A stretch of DNA of 64,000 bases from Rhizophagus irregularis (lineage: Eukaryota): contig NC_089433.1 of NCBI RefSeq assembly GCF_026210795.1, positions 1,426,001 through 1,490,000 of the forward strand, written 5' to 3'. Under the pieces are notes generated by a model. That model saw only the letters and a list, made by a program, of their open reading frames with translations. It had not been told where the DNA came from and searched no databases. Positions 27,470 through 40,150 of this stretch are shown in pieces. Numbering within the stretch: position 1 is the stretch's first letter; each line of letters opens with the position of its first letter. The translations under genes were made by a program, and so were the position numbers.

Positions 27470-30404
27470 AAGAAAGATAATCAATTAATCATCATTTTGA
27501 AAATCTCATATTATTAATAATGGTATCAAATGGTTTATCATTTACTTTTTTGAAAAATAAAGAGATACAAGAGGTTTTTAGATTTATTATACCTGTATTG
27601 AAACTTTCAGAACATCATATTATTAGTAATCGTATAATTCGTATTCTTTCCAAATCTGCAAAACAATTAACTCAATTAATTCCCTATAAAAAGTATTTAT
27701 ATTTAAAATATAATTAAAAACTTTTTAAAATATATTTAAAATATACTTAAAATATATTTAATTTAAAAATTGCGAAATACTTATAATATACTTAAAATGT
27801 ATTTAAAATTATTTTAAAATATATTTCTAATATATTTAATTTTTGCCCAAATACTTAAAATATACTTAAATTATATTTAAATTAAAATTTAAGTATATTA
27901 TAGATATATTTTTTACATACTTAAAATATTCTTATAATATATTTCATAATATATTTTAAGTATATTTTAAGTATGTAAAAAATATACTTATAATAATCTT
28001 ATAATATACTTAAATTTTAATTTAAATATAATTTAAATATATTTTAAGTATATGGGCAAAAATTAAATATATTAGACATATATTTTAAGATAATTTTAAG
28101 TATATTTTAGATATATTAAAAATATATTATAAGTATTTTGCAATTTTTAAATTAAGTATATTTTAAATATATTTTAAGTATATTTTAAGTATAATACTTT
28201 TTATAGGGATTGTAGAGTAGATAAAACTGATGTAATTGGTATTACCGCAACTTTTAATGGCTAGACCAATGTGAAACAAGAATATTTTTTTGGAATTATA
28301 TTTATTACTTCATCTGGCAAAATCTTAATTTGAGAGATTAAAGATATTAGCAATTAACGGTCTAAAACTAATGATGTTAAAGTGTTGATTAAAAGTTTAA
28401 TGAATAATGTTGAATTAAAACAAATAAAAATTAACTGCTATATTTCTGATTCTGCTGGAGAGCATGCTACAGCAAGGTAAATATTATTTGATTTTGTATA
28501 TTAAAGGTTATAGATTAATACAATTTATTTTATTTTTTAGATGTCAATTAAGAATAGAATATTCAAATAAAGTATTTTTATCTTATATAACTCATCAAAT
28601 GAATTTGGTTGTAGATGATATTTTCAAGAAATCACTTTAATATAAACAAGTATCAAAAAATGCAGTTCATATTGTAAACTATTTTCATTCTTCTTCATAT
28701 TTCACTGGATTATTAAAAAATGAACAAAATTCATATTATAGGCAAACAATAGCATTGATAACTTTATATAAAACATGTTGGAATAGTTATTACTTTTGTT
28801 TTTACAGTATTTTAAAAACAGAATTAGCCTTAAAGGTATATTTTTAGCAAATCACCTGATTTCTGATGATCATTAATTCCTGATTATTAATAATTGTCCA
28901 TTTTTATTTTTTTATTATTTCAGATCTTAATTACAAAATGTTCATCTGAATGTATTGGAACACCAAGTACTTCTTGAACTGAAATATCTTATTAATGTTA
29001 TAAAACTAATACAAATAATAAAAATAAGTGTTTCCTATTTGATATAATTGAAATTATTAATAATCCAAAGTTTTAGACTCAATTATTTAAACTACAAAAT
29101 TTATTATTACCGATATGTGGTGCATTGAATAAATTACAAAGAGATGTTCTCATTTATATAAAATTACACACTATTTTGGTTAAATAATTAAAATGTTTTC
29201 CTTTCACAAGAATGAAAAATTTGGTAATTGTATAATAGGAAGATTGGAATCATGTTGGACATAGCAGAAACAACCTTTGTTATTACTTTTTCATCCAAAA
29301 TATCAAATTTCAAAATTTAATTTCTCTACTAAAAAGATTTCTTATATACATTTTGAATAGTGGCTCATATATTACTATCAAGTATGGTTTAATAAAATGG
29401 CAACAAGAATTCTTCAGGATTATTTATTATATCAGTGAAAGTTATTCCCTTTTAATCCTGAAACTTATAATCAATTTGAAGAAAATATTATTGATTTCTG
29501 GGAATCTGCAAAAGGATTGGCACCAGAACTTTCACGATTAGCTTTGCAACTTTTTGGAATCTGTGTTAATGCAACTTCAGTAAAGTGTCTTTGGTCAAAT
29601 ATGGGTTTTTTTGCATTTAAAATGCCAAAATTGGCTACATTTTATATATTTACTCGAATGATTTATTGTGTAAAATCAATACTAATACAATTTAATATTT
29701 TGTAGCATAAAAAAGTTTTGGCTATGGCTCAATTGCAAAGTGACATATTATGCAAAAGAAAACATGAAGAAATAGAAATTTCTGAAAGACAATATAAATG
29801 ATTGCATATTGCTAAACCAATACAAGAATATGAATCAGAGGATAATGATAAAAACAATGATGATAGTAAATTTACATTTAATGCTTTTAATGATAGTGAT
29901 ACTGAAGAATTAGAAGAAACTTCTATTATTGATGATTGTAATGTTAATGATACCTTTGAAGAATATGACAATAATAATATTCTTAATCCTGAGCAATGGA
30001 CTAAAATAATTAAAAGTTGGATTGAAATGGTTAATACAGAAAATGATTCAAATAATTTAGATAGCAGAGAAGTTGAGCCTTATGATTTTGAAATAGGAAG
30101 GCATGATACTCATCCAGCAGATAATCCATTAGTTAAATGGTAATTACTTGAATTGTTTTTAGAAGCTCCAATTTATATGGTTCAATAATAAATTTTAAAT
30201 AAATAAATATACTGTACATTTTAAATGACGCTAAATGATTATCAAAATAATAAATATATTAATAAATTTTGGCCGGCATTAAAAATTACATGATATAATT
30301 TCAAATGACAAATATCGCTTATCATTTACTCTCCGAAATGACAAAATGACATGTGTCATGTCACTAATGTCATTTGTGTCATTTCATATCACTTCACATC
30401 ACTG
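27470..30404 (+). mobile_element. Degenerate hAT (DUF659-type) transposon with pseudogenised transposase; right terminus retained
   Basis: Decayed motifs NG*TNVKQEY (from DGWTN), ISDSAGE, HQMNLVV, TCWNSYY and LALQLFGICVNATSVKCLWSNMGF. Subterminal aaatgaca/tgtcattt repeats and terminus ..cacatcactg at 30404. Confidence 0.75.
27682..28208. mobile_element. AT-rich palindromic MITE (CCCTATAAAAAG TIR, 3-bp ATT TSD) inserted in the hAT relic
   Basis: att|ccctataaaaagtat ... atactttttataggg|att. The interior is largely self-complementary. Confidence 0.8.
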
Positions 30405-30438
30405 ATATTTAATAATATCAACTACCCTTTAAAATTAT

Positions 30439-30552
30439 TATACATGCTACCCAAATTCAAAATTGCCAATCCAAAATTCCAAAATTCCAAAATTTCAAAA
30501 TCCCAAATCCCAAAATCCAAATTCCCAAATTCCCAAATTTAAATTCCAAATT
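30439..30552 (+). repeat. MITE-end fragment (tatacatgctacccaaatt) followed by an aaattccc/aaaattcc micro-repeat
   Basis: Same terminal sequence as the 43342-43518 MITE, followed by 7-8-bp tandem units. Confidence 0.5.
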
Positions 30553-32613
30553 ATATTGAATTTTGATAACGTATATAAAAATATATAAAAATTACTTCTT
30601 TCAACTTATTTAATCTTAAATAATTATGCTATTTAATTAATAATTCTTCAAAAGTATTACCAACTTGTTAAAAGTATTATCAACTTGTTATTAAATATTT
30701 TATAAATGCTTATAACTTTTATAATTGAGGAATCTTGGATTTTAAGTTATATAAACCTCTTAATACTTTTAAAATGTATGTATATAATTCTGCAGTGAAT
30801 ATATGATATAGCGTTTCTGTACCACTGTAAACCGGCATTAATTTTTTGAAGTTTAATAAAGTGGCCAATCATTGCAATCGCTGCAACGGAAAATTACACA
30901 GCAAATCGTGATGTTACGTCAAATGAGCTGTGTGATACACAAATTAATAACGTGGTTTATATAGTTTATATACAATACATAACAATACATATCGTAAAAG
31001 AATAAGCGATGTGATATGTCGTGTTTGTGCTTAAACAAAAAAATATTACGCACGCGCATAGAATTTTTTTAACAATGGGGAATCCGAAATCTAGAATATA
31101 AGTTTTTATTTATGTATTATAAACCCTTATGTTGAATAATTATTACTTGCAAATAGTATGAGCTTAATTGTTTTAAAAAAGTAAATGAATTACATGATGT
31201 ACTTATAAATCTAAGAAAGAAATGTGTGACTTTAAACAAGGAATTTCTTTATTTATAATTTTAAGCATGTTTATTTAATTTCCACATTGAAATTTCCCAC
31301 ATTTAAAATTTCCGATCTACAAAGCTTTAAAATTTCCTTGTGATTTTTGTCGTACATAATTTATTTTCTCCTGTAAACATAAGAATACCATGGGCCAGGT
31401 AAACAAAATACCTTCTTTGTTTAATCAAGCAATCAATTTCAATTTGAAATTTTTGATGCCAGAATTCCTTATTTTAAACTATAATTAACATAATTTTTTA
31501 AAATATTTCATTCTAAATTTATATTCTTAATAAAATTTACTGTTTCAAGAATTTTTTTTTTTTAAAAAAAAACTTCTATCAATCAAATTTTCCTTTTTTA
31601 AAATGTAATTTAAATTTCTTAACCGATTGCGGTATTTTACAATGAATCAATAAACAAAACTTTTTTTTTTTTTTGTTATTACCTTTTAATATAGGTAAAT
31701 ATAGGTAAATATAAGTAAATATATACGTAAATATACAGAATGGATTATATGTTTATGTAGTATTATATGTACTAAAATATATAAACCCATAAACCAACCC
31801 ATTGTAAAATTCAATTAAATAGCGAACATTTTATTACAGAAATGTATTATTGAAATTTACACTTACATTTTTTGTGACCATATTTCAAACCCATTCTTTG
31901 TTTTTGTTTCGATGATCTTTTATTAAATATGCATTTTTAATTAATATTTTAACCAATCAGATTCTATCAGGTGCAAAAAAATTATTAAATCAAAAATATT
32001 TATTAATCGGAGTAAATAAAAATGGAGATATAATACTTATAAGTAAACAATCTGGCATATAACGTTTATTTTATTTTTTTTTTAATTAATATAAATTAAT
32101 ATAAATTATTTATTGTAATCATAAAAAGGGTACCAGAAATGCTTAAAACTTAGAATATGAGGGCCAATGATATCATTAAATAGTAGGATTAATTGGTTAT
32201 TTAATTACACCATGATGTTTTTTTTTTGTGAAAATTAAAATAATTATATTTTATTTTTTTTTTGTCTGGTATAAGTTTTCCCATGGTAATTGTAAACATG
32301 TACTACAATTTTGTATCGTAAAAAAAGAAAAATATATACAATTTGCATCATACATGACCCTGAATGTCAATTTTTATTAAATTTATTTGCATCATCATTT
32401 ATATGATCAATTTATAAAAACTATTTATTGGGTCCCAATTAATAATGATATTTAACAAAGAAAAAAATATCGACCCACCCATGTTTAAAAAATTTCTTTC
32501 TTATTATTATATACTTTTTAATACTTTTTTTTTTTTTAAATGCTTAAAGGTTTTACAACATTTTTAATTTTATTATTATTATTTATTTTTATTTTATTTT
32601 TATTTATTTTATT

Positions 32614-32644
<31 letters not shown>

Positions 32645-33359
32645 TTTTTTTTTTTTCTTATACAAAAATTCTTAAAACAAAAAACAAAAATTTTTTTTTA
32701 AATTCTTAAAAAAAAACTCTATTTCCGATTATACACTAATTACTTTACAAAAATAAAACAAAGAAAATGTAAAAAAAAAATAAAAATAAAAATGTACGAA
32801 ATATCGAAATATATCTAAATTTGTAAAGAATTAGAAACACGGAATGATTGATGGTAATTTTATGTTGTAGATTCTTTTATTTTTTTTTTTTTCTTTCTTT
32901 CTTCGAATGTAAGTCTGAACAAAAAGAAAAAAACCCGAAATAATATACTTACCGATTTACTTACCCATAAAAAAAAAAAAAAAAAAAAAGAATAAAAAAA
33001 AAAAAAGTACGATCATCAAATTTTTTTTAAAAAAAGTATTATTTGTATTTTTTTTTTTATTCCTTATGTTTACACGACAAGATAGATATAATTCTATTAT
33101 ATCTTATTTACAGAGAGAATAGAGAGAATATTCACTTAAAAAATATAATAACAACAATAAATAAAAAATAAATACGTTTTCACAAAAAAAAGAAAAAAGA
33201 CCCGATAATTACATACTATTAATACTATAAAATAATGCTGGATAAAAATATGATATATATATATATATTTATATATATGTATGTATATATAAAAGAAAGA
33301 AAAAGAAAAAAAAATAGGAAACGAAAAATAATGTTCATAACGTAAACGTTCGATTTGAT

Positions 33360-34547
33360 TTAAGATTGATAAAGATTACCAATTAATTCTTCATTGGCCC
33401 AATCGTTAAGAAAACCCATATCGTAGGTTTGTAATGATTCATCAAGTGAATCTTGAACATTTTGAATATTCTGAACCGGAGTATAATTTTCTGAATCCGA
33501 ACTAACGGTTAAAATAGGAGCAATTTGATCACCATAAACTGGTATATTATCTATGATCGACGCATAAAATGAAGGTATTGTTGTATTAACTTGAGGAACA
33601 TACGTTGAACTTTGAGTCGTTTCCGGTTGAATATTAAAGGAATTTACAGTTGGAAAAATCAAAAGATCGGATATTTCATCGTTTGTGGAATTTTCTGGAG
33701 AATTTATATTATTATTATACGTATGTTCGTTATTCAACGAAGATAATAACCCATTATTTAAATTATTTATTACGTTATCATCGATATGAAATTCTTCATA
33801 ACAATTTAAATCATCTGGTGGTTCGATTTTTGGAGATTGATTTAATGGTATCGAAGGTTCATAATAAGATTCGACTAAATTCATTACATTCATTACAGGT
33901 TGTTCATCCTCAGATATTTGTATTATCTGAGGGGATATTAAAATATTATCTTGAAAGTTCATTTCGGATGAATTTGAATAATCTTGTGTAAATTCAGAAG
34001 TATTATAATTGTTATTATTATTATTATTAAATAATTGAGGCATCGATTCCCATGGTTTAGTCGAACGGTCACTCGTAAATTCATCATAATCATCACCATC
34101 CTCAAAACTTTTACGTTCATCTCTTTGTCGTGGCTGATATTTATAATTTGGAAAAAGATCTTGATGTACAAGACCACCGAGTGTTGCTAATAAGGTATAA
34201 TTGTTTTTTACGTGATCAACTTCATGTTTCCATCGATTCCCGGCAATTCTTGAAATTTCTTTAAAATCGGCATCAGGGTTTTCGTCTTTAATTTTATCTT
34301 GTAAATCTTTTCGATATAAAATAAATGCATTTTGAGGTCGAGTTATTCTACCTTTTTTACCCCTAGTTTTTTTACAAGGTGCGAGTAATTGTTCTAACGG
34401 AATGTGAGTTGGGAAGGTAAAACCTTCTTGAACCATTTTATCGAGGTTTTCATTAATGGAACGTTTTAATTCAGCCTTAAATTGTGGAGTCTCAAAGAGA
34501 TGGACTTGTCTTCTTCGTGAAGAATGTTTTTTTGAAGACTTTGGCAT
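33360..34547 (-). CDS. MATA-type/ROX1-like HMG-box transcription factor, intronless, 395 aa, with acidic Asn-rich C-terminal region
   Basis: HMG box RITRPQNAFILYRKD..ISRIAGNRWKHE..HQDLFPNYKYQPR. Intact ORF. Confidence 0.92.
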   Translation of the reverse strand: MPKSSKKHSSRRRQVHLFETPQFKAELKRSINENLDKMVQEGFTFPTHIPLEQLLAPCKKTRGKKGRITRPQNAFILYRKDLQDKIKDENPDADFKEISRIAGNRWKHEVDHVKNNYTLLATLGGLVHQDLFPNYKYQPRQRDERKSFEDGDDYDEFTSDRSTKPWESMPQLFNNNNNNNYNTSEFTQDYSNSSEMNFQDNILISPQIIQISEDEQPVMNVMNLVESYYEPSIPLNQSPKIEPPDDLNCYEEFHIDDNVINNLNNGLLSSLNNEHTYNNNINSPENSTNDEISDLLIFPTVNSFNIQPETTQSSTYVPQVNTTIPSFYASIIDNIPVYGDQIAPILTVSSDSENYTPVQNIQNVQDSLDESLQTYDMGFLNDWANEELIGNLYQS

Positions 34548-35123
34548 TTTTTTAAAGGTTAAATATTTATTTTTTTTAAAAAAAAAAATTTGATCTGATG
34601 AGTAAATTTAGAAGAAAAATAACTCCATTATTTATAGAGATTTTTTTTAAATAATATTAAAAATATTTGGGGATGATGATCTTACTTTAAAATAATATGT
34701 AACGTCGATCATACAAATTCTTCTTATATGTATCACATCTCAAAAGGGACAATGAGTTTATTTCTTTGTAATAGATTGTTTAATATTTTCTATTTTTTAT
34801 AACGAATAAAATTAAAATTCTACTTTACAGTAAGAAAAATTTCACAACTAAAATAGCTTCAATTGTAAAATTCCGAATAAAATGTACGACCAGGGAAAAT
34901 GTTTTTTTCATATTTTTTTTTTTAAAGAATATTTTTTTTTTTCGTTTTGATGATCTTGTACATTAATGAAATAATCTATTAATCGATATTGTGGATAAGG
35001 TTATGTTTGTTATTTAAAAAAAAAAAAAAAATTAAAAATTTCTCGGAACTAATTTCAAAAAAGAAAAAAATGATGGAAAAAAAAAAAAAAATTTTTTTTG
35101 GGAAAGAGAAATAGATTTCCGAG

Positions 35124-35163
<40 letters not shown>

Positions 35164-38100
35164 TAAAAAAAAAAAATTGAGAATTAAATGAACTAAAAGA
35201 GTCCCTTTCGTTTAGTTGAATCAAAGTTTCATTATAATTTTTTTTTTTGAATCTTTTTTTTTTTTTTCAAATTATAATATCCGAATAATGTGTATATAGA
35301 AAAAGGAAAAAAAATGGAAAAGGATGGAAAAAAAAGGAAAAAAAAGGAAAAAGGAAGGAAAAAAGAAGGAAAAAGAAGAAAAAAAAAAAAGGAAAAAAAT
35401 AATATAGTATAATATAATATAATAAAATAAAAATAAATTAAAATAAAGAAAAAAAAAAAAAAAAGAGAAAAATAATAAATTGGAAACATTTAAGATTTAC
35501 TTTTTTTAACAATATTAGAATAATTATTTTAAGATTGTTCAAACAATTTTTGGTTCGGTATAAGCCATATTGCAAATAATTGGTACGAGCAATAATTAGT
35601 CCATGGATTGGGTTTTGTAAAAAGGCCAATTATTGTTTATCAGAGGAGAAACGAAAAATGTATCATAAAACTTACAAGGTTTAACTTTGTTGTTAAACAT
35701 GTCGCATTTTTTTAAAAAAGGAAAACTTTAGATGATCATTTGTTTTAATAATTGGATTATACGAAAGTAAACATATACATTGTTTTTTATTTAAAACAGG
35801 AAATAATCTTTATTGAATGCGGTACAAAATTCCATAAATTTACAAGAACATACCAGTTAAATTTTTATTGTGTTTATTAATAGATAATAAATCCCTTAGA
35901 AACGTTATAATTTATTAATTCTATTTTTAATATTGAAAACAATAGGCATTATTAAAACATAAATTATGTGAACCAAAAAATAAAATATGGTATAGGAAGA
36001 AACAATAATAATAATTCCCGTAATTCCCGGTAATAAATTTTTGTTAAACATAAGATTAAGAAATTTAAAATTAGCAAACTCTCTTAAAAAATTTATTATC
36101 TTTTCCATTTAACCCAAAAAATTTACGGAATTAACTATACATTATTTGAACATAATATATAAAGTTCATATTATATTATGCTCAGATGAAGATTAAGTTC
36201 TGAATGGCATCCAATCTATCCAAATCTTCTGCATTGACTTTCGAATTTGACAAAGTCCGAATTTTAATTTTTTTTTTTTTTTTTTTTCGCGATCTCTCGT
36301 TTAAGAAAGTTTAAAGGACTTCGCCACTTGTGAAAAAATGATGATATAAAACTATATAAAACCGTTAGGACGGAAAAAAATTTCCGCATAAATTCAAATA
36401 AAACATGAAACAATTCTAATAATAGTATTGATGTTAAAAAGACCCCTGAGTAGGATTCTTTAGACATAATTAAATTTTTGAACAAAGGGTTTGAAATTCT
36501 ACATATTGTGTTATCAAATCAAGTTATGATTTGCAAAGATCTTTGTGACGTGATGTGGCGTGGGTATACTTAAACTTCCAATCATATTTAATTATTGCAC
36601 GTGATTAATCATTTTTCTCTAACGTTTTCCTCCCTTTATTACCTTTTTATTATAAAGAATATATATGACCTTTTTTTAAAAGTAATAAAAAAAAAATGAA
36701 ATTTATTTTTAAATCATTTAAACGAAAGAAAAAAATAAAAATAAATTGACGTTCAATCGTAATTGCATTGCATGATATATTTACAATAACCTAGAATTTA
36801 CCCTTGTAATTTGAAACAACCTTTGTTTTTTCCCAGGAAGCGGGTGAACTTACCACATTAGGTTGATTTTTTAAGCTTAAATTCATTATTTTTAGAGACC
36901 AATAATATAAATTGACATTATAAATTCAAAATTTTTTTAACGTGGGATGTACGGTTTGCCACAAGTTTGAACACAATGATCGGAATTTAATTGATTTATT
37001 TATTTTATTTTATTGAACCTAAAAAATTTACAAGGAAATAAACAAACAAATCTTACTTTTACAAAATCTATTTTTAAGAAAAAAGGTTTGAAACAAATTA
37101 ATTGATATATATCCCTAAACATGTTAGAATATTCTCCATTTTTGGTATGTAAATTGATTGCGCCGAACATATTTAGTAAAATATTGTAGAATTTTTTTAA
37201 TTTTAGAATAAACTTTTTTATAATATAATTTTTTTTTTTTAATTTATTAGAAAATATACTTCGTTCTTTTATGGTAAATATAATAACATAAATGAAATAA
37301 AAAAGGAAATAATAATTATAAAGTTATTTTTTCAAAGAAATTTTCAAAGAGTGAATTACAAAGTTTTCTTTTTAATTTTAAAAGAAAAATAATATGGTAA
37401 AGATTTCTTAAAAAATAATACAATCAGGATTTCCTTTTTCGAAATCATCCAATTTAACAATATCATCTATATACAGTATGTTGAAACAAGGAAAATTATA
37501 TTATTTACCAGGATAGTGGACGTCGAAATTGGTACGTTACATTACATTATGAAATATCCGTTCGCTTTTTGCATGTTTCGTATATCGGTTCTTTTTCATG
37601 AAACATTATAATTATGGATTGGTTTAATTCACCAAATTTGTCGAACAGAATTTTTAGGTTGTTGGTTCCGCATTTCATAAAACTTTTTTTTTTTTCAACA
37701 TTGTAAGTGAAACAAAAGATTGTTGTGTAATGTAAATAAATATTATCCCCCGTCTCAATTGTCGGATATTTCATGTTTAATATGTTTAACACGCAGGGGG
37801 TTGTGGGGAAATTTTAGTTTTGTTATAAAGTTTTAACAATTAGATAATATATCTAATTACGGTTGCCAAATAAGGTATTACAGTGTAATTGAATTTCTAT
37901 AGTATAAAAAAAAAATATATATATATATTGATTAAAATGTTATTTCCTAAATCAATCTTTTCATTATGTGAAACCAAAGAATATTGTCTTTTCATTCTAA
38001 TAATAAATTAATTAATCTTAATAAGCTTAATAAGTAATATTTTACCTTAAACAGTACAACAGTGATTCATCTTCGTAAAGATTCTTCATATTTAGAAGTT

Positions 38101-39699
38101 CAATCAATAAATTAATTAAAATATATTAAAAAAAAAAAAAAAATTAATTATATAATACTGAACACGAAATTCGAAACATGAATTATTATTTATTTTTTTA
38201 TTTTTTTTTTTAAAAAAAAATAATGACGGAGAAAGGAAACTAATGTCAATTGTTAAAAAATTACAGTTGAACATTATTTCCAATTAAAACTCGACTATAT
38301 GATAAACATTACGATAGCCATGTCCAAAAAAGTTATGATAATGGAAAATCATATAATTTTTAGCAAACCTCCTGAAAATCAAACAATTTTTTGTACAAAA
38401 GACCGATTGATTGAGTTACAAATTGCCTCTTTTGTTAAGAAAACTTGATTCAAACCTGTATATAGGAAAATCAGAAACTGAACTCCGTTCGGCCGTCCCG
38501 TTTTGTAAATAGACAATCAAAATATTTCTTAATTAGTTAATTTCTGGCAAATTTTGCCAGCATTACTTACCATTTTAAGGATGTGCATACACGTAAGAAA
38601 AAGTAATCTTGCATCATATGTTTGTTATTTTTATCATATCAAATTATAGTGAGAAACATAAAATTTCACTTTTACTATTTCTATATTAATCTTGAAACAG
38701 TACACCCTTATAACTATAAAGTGTCATTATTTTTTTTTCTTTCTATTGCTTGGTTACACTTATCAACTTATCAACTTTGTAATTTCAATACAATCACCCT
38801 CCGTCAGCCAATGAACTTGTTACTTTTTTTTTCTTTAATAATTAAAAGTTTAAAAGATTGCAAAGGTAATAATAAATTCATTTCTTTAATTATAGAACGA
38901 TGTTCATCTGTTCATGGCGGATCATGTATATTTTACTATTTTACATTAACAAACTTAATAATCAAATTTTTATATTCCAAATGTAATTATTGTGAGTGGT
39001 GGGTAACTTTTCGATTATTTATTGTATCTGTAAACTTGTTTATAATATGTTTATTTTTGCATCTATTTCGTCTATTTCATTAATTTCTTTATTTTATTCT
39101 TCCAGTATTAGTTTATTTTCTAAACGATTCACCATCAGGGTCAGTTACAACCTCAAAAATCATTGGGTAACTTAATACTTATATAACTTATATACTTATA
39201 TATCAAGAAATCTTTTTAACCTGCCTAGTTTTTATTATTTTTATTACAAAGATAAAATTACCAAAAAAATGCAATTCAGAATTTTATTTACCTGCTTAGT
39301 TTTATTATGAAGATAAAAAAAAATACAATATCTAGATTTTTAAAAAATAAAAATAACTATTTGAATTAATTAAATCATAATCATAGCACTTCAATGGTTC
39401 TAGAAGTATATGTGGTCCATTTTTGGAATTTATGAAAAATATTGCAAATATTTTAATCGTCAAATTACTCATTTCAAGTAAAATCACATATTCCATTTTT
39501 CTTTACTTTTCATCAAAATATTTTATAAATTATAATTTAAAATTTTACATTGATTAATATTGTATAAATCAGTGAATGCCAGCGATGCGATGATGGTTTA
39601 GTGATCAACGAGCATATTTTAACCCGCATTATACACTGTATGTAATACATTCTTCAAATTCCGCAAAACCAATACCAATAGCCCGTTTACTAATTTCAA

Positions 39700-40150
39700 A
39701 CAATATCGTTAAGATCATCTTAACGACCCCATTTTGATATTGTAACGATATCGTTAACAATATCAAAATGATATCATTACAATATGGGATCGTTAAGATG
39801 ATCTTAACGATATTTCAATGGACATTGTTTTTTATATCTTATAATGAATATCAAAACAAGTTCTTTAAGATAATCTTTACGATATCAACAATATCGTTAA
39901 CAATATCAAAATGATATCATTACAATATCTCTTATTTTAATGACATTGTTTTGATATCTTATAATAAAATATCAAAAACAAGTTCGTTAAGATAATCTTT
40001 ACGATATCGCGGTTAACAATGTCGCTACTATATCAATATGATTTTATTAAGATATTATTTCAATATCATTGATATTGTATAGTAGCTATATTGTGATTAT
40101 ATTTAAAATGATATTATTTTGATATTGAAATAATATCGTTTAAGATTGTA
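39700..40150. repeat. Palindrome-rich repeat (atcgttaaga/tcttaacgat/aatatcaaaa units) with an internal ~120-bp duplication; MITE-like relic
   Basis: atatcgttaacaatatcaaaatgatatcattacaatat recurs at ~39748 and ~39891, with local inverted copies. Confidence 0.55.

Noticed and set aside
33360..34547. HMG gene as a mating-type (sexM/sexP) locus
   Set aside because: No flanking triose-phosphate transporter or RNA helicase genes in the window, and MATA-HMG genes are highly multicopy in these fungi.
38622..39083. 153-aa ORF (and the similar 56110-56514 ORF)
   Set aside because: Non-ATG start, AT-driven composition and no recognisable motif.
39570..39690. GC-richer patch that might be a tRNA or other ncRNA
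   Set aside because: No cloverleaf, T-loop GTTC motif or other recognisable RNA signature.
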